Part shown: in pieces, positions 59,274 through 64,000 of the stretch
How the letters are laid out: every line of letters starts with the position of its first letter
Position numbering within the stretch: the stretch's first letter is position 1
Assembly: GCA_938045545.1 (NCBI GenBank)
Contig: CALIBN010000002.1
Location: 1 to 64,000, forward strand
Direction: 5' to 3'
Length of the DNA: 64,000 nt
DNA from: an uncultured archaeon
GTDB taxonomy: Archaea; Thermoproteota; EX4484-205; JAAOZP01
Program-made: the position numbers and the translations under genes
Notes under the pieces: model-generated
Database searches by the model: none
What the model was told of the DNA's origin: nothing
The model's input: the letters and a program-made list of their open reading frames with translations, nothing else

Positions 59274-60431
59274 ATGGAACCTTTGACACCGAGAGAACGG
59301 TTTCTCCGAGTGGCCTTATTTAAGAACCCCGATAAGATACCATTATGGAGCGTGGGGAGCGCTAGGCCCGCTACGCTGAAAAACTGGATTAAGCAGGGGT
59401 TGCCGGAAAACGTGGATCTGGCTAAATACCTTGGTGTTAAGGGCTGCGAGGTTGGAGCTGTCGACATAGCATCCTACCCGGGTGAAGGATTTGAGTGGAA
59501 ACCAGATCCGAATTTGATCAACCTAGGGCCGGAGCCAGCATTCGAACACAGGATAATAAAAGAGGACGAGAGACATAGGGTTTGGGTCGACAGCCTAGGG
59601 ATAACACAGATAGGGTTTCAGGAAGATTGGAAAAATGGATGGAGCGGTTTCGCAACTAGAAGTTGGGTCGATTTCCCTGTGAAGAATCGTGAGGACTTCT
59701 TAAAGATGAAGAAACGTTATGACCCCAAGGACCCGGAGAGATACCCCAAGAACTGGGACCAGTTAGTTAGGAAATATAGGGAAAGGGATTATCCCCTATG
59801 CGTAACGATTAGAGGACCGTTCTGGTGGGCTAGGGATATGGTCGGCCTAAAGGGAATTGCCTTGGGAATACATAAGGAGCCCAGCCTCATCAAGGAGATC
59901 ATGGATTTCTGCGCTGAGTTTCAAATCCAAGCCCTGCATAGGGCTTTGGATGATGTGGAACTGGACTTCGTGATTTTAAGTGAAGACATGGCTTACAAGA
60001 ACGGCCCAATGATAGGGCCCAAAGCTGTGGAGGAGTTCATGAGCACGGCATATCGCGAGATAGCTAGGTTCTTCAGGGAACACGGCGTGAAGGTTCTAAT
60101 TGTGGATAGCGATGGGAACGTGGAACAGATTATACCAATCTGGCTTAAGCTCGGCTTAAATGGCGTAACACCGTGTGAAGTGGCAGCAGGCATGGATGTG
60201 ATTAAGCTCGGAGAGAATTACCCTGACTTAATAATGATAGGCGGGATAGATAAGAGGGAGCTTGCCAAGGGTAAGGATTCGGTGGAAAAGGAGGTTGACC
60301 ACAAGGTTCCTCCGCTTGTAAGGAGGAAAGGGTATTTCCCGGGCGTCGACCATGCCGTACCCGCTGACGTGCCTCTTGAAAACTACAGATATTTTGTTTC
60401 GCTTTTAAAGAAACATTGCGGATGGGAATGA
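59274..60431 (+). CDS. Uroporphyrinogen decarboxylase / MtaA-like family protein
   Basis: LTPRERF, FPVK..EDF, EDMAYKNGPMIGP, VDSDGN, PCEVAAGMD, GGIDKR, PGVDHAVP. Confidence 0.82.
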   Translation: MEPLTPRERFLRVALFKNPDKIPLWSVGSARPATLKNWIKQGLPENVDLAKYLGVKGCEVGAVDIASYPGEGFEWKPDPNLINLGPEPAFEHRIIKEDERHRVWVDSLGITQIGFQEDWKNGWSGFATRSWVDFPVKNREDFLKMKKRYDPKDPERYPKNWDQLVRKYRERDYPLCVTIRGPFWWARDMVGLKGIALGIHKEPSLIKEIMDFCAEFQIQALHRALDDVELDFVILSEDMAYKNGPMIGPKAVEEFMSTAYREIARFFREHGVKVLIVDSDGNVEQIIPIWLKLGLNGVTPCEVAAGMDVIKLGENYPDLIMIGGIDKRELAKGKDSVEKEVDHKVPPLVRRKGYFPGVDHAVPADVPLENYRYFVSLLKKHCGWE

Positions 60432-60440
60432 TTAGCCGAG

Positions 60441-61826
60441 TTAAAGGTAGGCGCCCTGTTGAATTAATGTTTCTCTAAGCTCTTTCCCATCAAGTTGCCT
60501 AGGCCTTAAACCCTTTTTAACGCATAGGGCAGCAGCAACCCCTGCTGCCTGGCCTATTGCCCTCATGTTAGGCTGGATCCTTACCGCAGCGTGAGCTTCG
60601 AAGGAAGCTGAAAGAGCCCTGCATGCAACAATCAAGTTTTCAACCCTCAATGGTATCAGTGATCTGAAAGGTATTTCATGGTACTCCTCAGGGCCTAGTT
60701 TTTCTCTCGCTGGCAGATGTCTGGTTGGCAGATGTATGTCAATCGGATACCTGTTTCTTGAAACAGCGTCTTCAAACTTCTTGGCGCTAAAATAATCCTG
60801 CGCGGAAAGAACATACTCGCCGATTATTCTTCGAGACTCCCTTACACCGACCATCTGAGCAGTCATGGCCAAGTAGGAGTTTTCGAAACCAGGTATTTTC
60901 TTCCTTAGGAACTTGAAAAGCCTGCTTATTCTCCTCCTACCCTGTATCGCTGCCTCCGTGAGATGATCCGCGTTAAATCCCTTGAAGTTGCCGATTATTC
61001 TTGGACAGTTGAACGCGATGACCCCCGGCATCCCAGGTACGCTGAACGCTTGAAAATAAGCTATGTCCGAATCCTCCAGAATACCTTCTTCAACACCCTC
61101 GTTGAAGTATTTTTCAAGTGGCCATCCTCCACCCGGGACCATTGCGAACTCTATGAGCGGCGGGTCGACATAGCTCCTGCTGTCATTTTCAACAAGGAAA
61201 ACAGCGAGTTTTTCGATGTTAACATTTCCCACCATGAATCTTAGTGACATCGGCTGGCTAACACCGTCCTCCTTTCTCCCGGATTCGAAGGGGACCCCTG
61301 CGAGTGCAGCAACATCCCCGTCGCCAGTGGAGTCAACGACAATCTTCGAGAAAACGGCCTGTCTACCAGACTTGTTCGCTATCACTATTCCCCTTAGTTC
61401 ATCAGCATCCATTATAACGTCCTCTACAAACGTGAAATAGAGAACCCTCCCACCAGCTTCCAGAACCATTTCCTCCAACACGAATTTTAAGGCCTCCGGG
61501 TTAAACCAACCATCATTACCATTTTTATCTATGGCAGCGCAACCCATTTCTAGAAGACGCTGCTGTATCTCCCGGCTTATCCCCCTGACAAGCGGCGTCC
61601 CCCCTACATGGTTCGGCATCATCGGCACCACGAGCGCCGCCGACCCGCTTCCACCTAGAAAGCCGAATTGCTCGACCAAAAGGGTTTTAACACCGTTTCT
61701 CGCAGCAGCTATTGCAGCCACAGCTCCGGCAGTACCACCACCTGCCACAACCACGTCGAAACACCCATAGGTATTAAGCCGTCTAGCTTCCTCTAGTTTC
61801 ATCTTTACCCGGTAAGCGTAAAGCAT
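60441..61826 (-). CDS. FAD-dependent oxidoreductase (PF12831-like)
   Basis: DVVVAGGGTAG..AAIAAAR, DSTGDGD, GVRESRRI.GEY, YPIDIH, IPFRSL.P, GQAAG. Confidence 0.88.
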   Translation of the reverse strand: MLYAYRVKMKLEEARRLNTYGCFDVVVAGGGTAGAVAAIAAARNGVKTLLVEQFGFLGGSGSAALVVPMMPNHVGGTPLVRGISREIQQRLLEMGCAAIDKNGNDGWFNPEALKFVLEEMVLEAGGRVLYFTFVEDVIMDADELRGIVIANKSGRQAVFSKIVVDSTGDGDVAALAGVPFESGRKEDGVSQPMSLRFMVGNVNIEKLAVFLVENDSRSYVDPPLIEFAMVPGGGWPLEKYFNEGVEEGILEDSDIAYFQAFSVPGMPGVIAFNCPRIIGNFKGFNADHLTEAAIQGRRRISRLFKFLRKKIPGFENSYLAMTAQMVGVRESRRIIGEYVLSAQDYFSAKKFEDAVSRNRYPIDIHLPTRHLPAREKLGPEEYHEIPFRSLIPLRVENLIVACRALSASFEAHAAVRIQPNMRAIGQAAGVAAALCVKKGLRPRQLDGKELRETLIQQGAYL

Positions 61827-61882
61827 ATTTTAATCTAACTCGTCCATGGGCTGCTGATAGACACTTGCAAGACCAGAGGTAT

Positions 61883-62962
61883 TTAGAACCTTGAAAACGC
61901 CTCTTTCACCGCATCCTTCAACTCAGGATGTTGCAACGGGTAAAGGAAGAAGCAAACCCCGTTGGAGCCTTTTTCTAACGCTACGTTCACCGCTTCCTCC
62001 ACATCCCTTCCGCTCCTTAGGAATTCAAACTGTATTCCAGCGACTATCATTTTGCCGCAGGAAACACCTTCCATGACTGCTTCGCCAATCCACCTTATAT
62101 TTTTCCCATAGTATTCATGGTATATCATTGGTTCGAAACTGTCAAGTGGCCATTCGCACCACTTTTGAAAAACGATCCTGTAAGCATAACCCGGAGTTGC
62201 GAAAACAGCGGCTGAAGTCTCAATAGTATTATCATATTTTTTCACAGTCCTATGGAAGTTTTTAACTATTTCAGTAATCCTTTCAGCTCTCCATGCATGC
62301 CATTCATACCATTTTCTCGATCCGAACCTGATTTCGAAAGGATCTATGCCAAAATCTTTTTTAAACCCGTTTCTACATTTTTCACAGTAGCAGAAGTCGA
62401 ACTTCTCCCGGTAGACATCTATCTCCCTTTCCAACCCATATCTTTCTCTTAATCCTTCTGGAAGGAAAAGATCCGGAAGCCTAATATAGTCTAAATGAAC
62501 CCCATCCAAGTCATAAATCCCCATGAGCTCCTGAATCATTCCAATGAAGAAGCTTTTAACATCATCGTTCGACGGGCAAAGCCATTTATAGCTTTCTACA
62601 TAAGGCGGGTTATCAACACAGCTCTTCCCCTCCCTGCTGACTACAAACCAGTCTTTACTCTTAGCAGCCAGCTCCGCGTTGGGCTTGTTTAAAGCAACCA
62701 CCCAAGCATGAACCTTTAATCCACTTCTCTTCGCCTCCCTTATAATGTCTCCTATCAAGCTCCTTTCAGCAGCTCCTTTTGCAACAACTGAAAACTTGGC
62801 CGGGTAGAGTGCCCCCTCACCATCTATGCTTAGCAGAAAAATCTCGTCTGCACCCATTTCCACAATCTCTCTAACATGTTTCTCAGGATTTTGAGCAATA
62901 GGCCTCGGATTCACCCAGAACGCCTTTTTATAACCGCTCGCCATAGCTACTGCCTCAAACAA
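61883..62962 (-). CDS. Putative glycoside hydrolase (GHL10-like)
   Basis: GLKVHAW, WLCPS, YDLDGVHLDYIR, CYCEKC, SAAVF, PMIYH. Confidence 0.75.
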   Translation of the reverse strand: MFEAVAMASGYKKAFWVNPRPIAQNPEKHVREIVEMGADEIFLLSIDGEGALYPAKFSVVAKGAAERSLIGDIIREAKRSGLKVHAWVVALNKPNAELAAKSKDWFVVSREGKSCVDNPPYVESYKWLCPSNDDVKSFFIGMIQELMGIYDLDGVHLDYIRLPDLFLPEGLRERYGLEREIDVYREKFDFCYCEKCRNGFKKDFGIDPFEIRFGSRKWYEWHAWRAERITEIVKNFHRTVKKYDNTIETSAAVFATPGYAYRIVFQKWCEWPLDSFEPMIYHEYYGKNIRWIGEAVMEGVSCGKMIVAGIQFEFLRSGRDVEEAVNVALEKGSNGVCFFLYPLQHPELKDAVKEAFSRF

Positions 62963-63091
62963 CGTTTTTATAAACCTTTATCGGTAGTTGAAAAGGATGC
63001 CCTGCAAAAACCCTGTTTAAACATTTCTAACGGTATTTCATGTGAAAACCGTTTTTACCAGTAACCCATTTTTTTAAATACGAGGTTTTAG

Positions 63092-63829
63092 TTGTTTAGG
63101 CAAGCAGAATTGGGGAACAAGAAAATATCCGTAGTGGTGCCAACGTTCAACGAGGAGAAGTATGTTGAAAAGCTACTCACGACGCTAAGTTGGCAAACAA
63201 TACCTAGGACGGAATATGAGATCATTATTGTAGACGGGGGAAGCGTGGACAGAACCTTAGAGATATGCAGAAAGTATGCTGATAAAATAGTGATACAGGA
63301 GACCCCTACGGTTGGAGGAGCGAGGAACGATGGAGTGAAAAATGCAGAGGCAGACCTAGTTTTCACAACTGATGCAGACTGCATGGTCACGCACAACCTG
63401 CTTGAGAGAGTAATACGCGATTTTAAAGCCTATCCGGATGTCGTGATGGTGTACGGCGTGGTGACCCCCATAGAAAGGAGTTTTAAAAACACTTTCCTAA
63501 TAGAGTTAAACAATGTTTTCGTTAAAATCCTTTACAGGTTTAAGATATACCTGAGTGTAGGTGCCAACACTGCCTTTAGAAAGAAGCCCTTCATAATTAT
63601 GAGGGGTTTTCCGGCAGTAGGGGCTGGGGACGACTATGGGCTTCAATTCAGAATGAGGAAGATTGGGAGAATAATGTTTGATGGAGGACTCAGAGTATAC
63701 TTCTCCATGAGAAGGTACGAAAAGTATGGTTTTGGCAGAAGCTTTTACGAATGGCTTTATAACGTTTTCAGCGAACTCCTCAAAAGAAGGGTTCCACCCG
63801 AAAAAAGATACTATAGAAAACTATATTAA
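63092..63829 (+). CDS. Glycosyltransferase family 2
   Basis: ISVVVPTFNEE, IIVDGGSVDRT, GARN.G, TDAD, GAN, DD, SMRR. Confidence 0.92.
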   Translation: MFRQAELGNKKISVVVPTFNEEKYVEKLLTTLSWQTIPRTEYEIIIVDGGSVDRTLEICRKYADKIVIQETPTVGGARNDGVKNAEADLVFTTDADCMVTHNLLERVIRDFKAYPDVVMVYGVVTPIERSFKNTFLIELNNVFVKILYRFKIYLSVGANTAFRKKPFIIMRGFPAVGAGDDYGLQFRMRKIGRIMFDGGLRVYFSMRRYEKYGFGRSFYEWLYNVFSELLKRRVPPEKRYYRKLY

Positions 63830-64000
63830 TTTTTCATGAAATCTTATATTGAAAACAGGATGAAAAAATAGGGAGCTTCTTTTAAAGTTGGAAACAGTAA
63901 ACGATGGATTGATCTTAAAGGGCATTCGACTTAGAACACCGCATACTCTTAGAAAGCTTTTTAACCATGCGCGTTAAAAGTTCTAACATGCTACCGGTGG

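Noticed and set aside
1-64000. CRISPR arrays, tRNAs, rRNAs, intact transposases, integrases or viral genes
   Set aside because: No regularly spaced repeats or diagnostic motifs seen by eye; a dedicated scan could still find short RNAs
63954-64000. TTTTAAC/GTTAAAA inverted repeat and a possible start ATG at the window edge
   Set aside because: Too little downstream sequence to interpret

Overview
Archaeal genomic window with a dense coding layout. Evidence: FEN1, PINA-type PIN-ATPase, NadX, and BRE/TATA-like promoters. The gene content suggests an anaerobic heterotrophic TACK-group lineage such as Brockarchaeota or Bathyarchaeia, which is an inference only. The window is dominated by cytoplasmic carbohydrate-catabolism genes: GHL6, GHL10, DUF6259, GH63-like, GH78, an Asp-box sialidase-like protein, three intact and one edge-truncated Gfo/Idh/MocA dehydrogenases, three sugar-isomerase TIM barrels, a PfkB kinase, an HpcH aldolase, an MFS transporter and three URO-D/MtaA-like proteins. 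It also holds a de novo NAD operon (nadA-nadC-nadX), a two-subunit class I fumarase, an ABC-2 exporter, a cell-surface protease locus (C25 gingipain-like, membrane scaffold, DUF192, serpin), a small decayed toxin-antitoxin island and many gene relics. Best candidate for an undescribed system: an NAD-kinase-fold protein with a degenerate GGDG motif fused to a C-terminal winged HTH, placed head-to-head with nadACX, with palindromes in the shared promoter (a possible NAD-sensing regulator). No rRNA, tRNA or CRISPR array was recognised. All family assignments come from motif recognition by eye, not from database searches.
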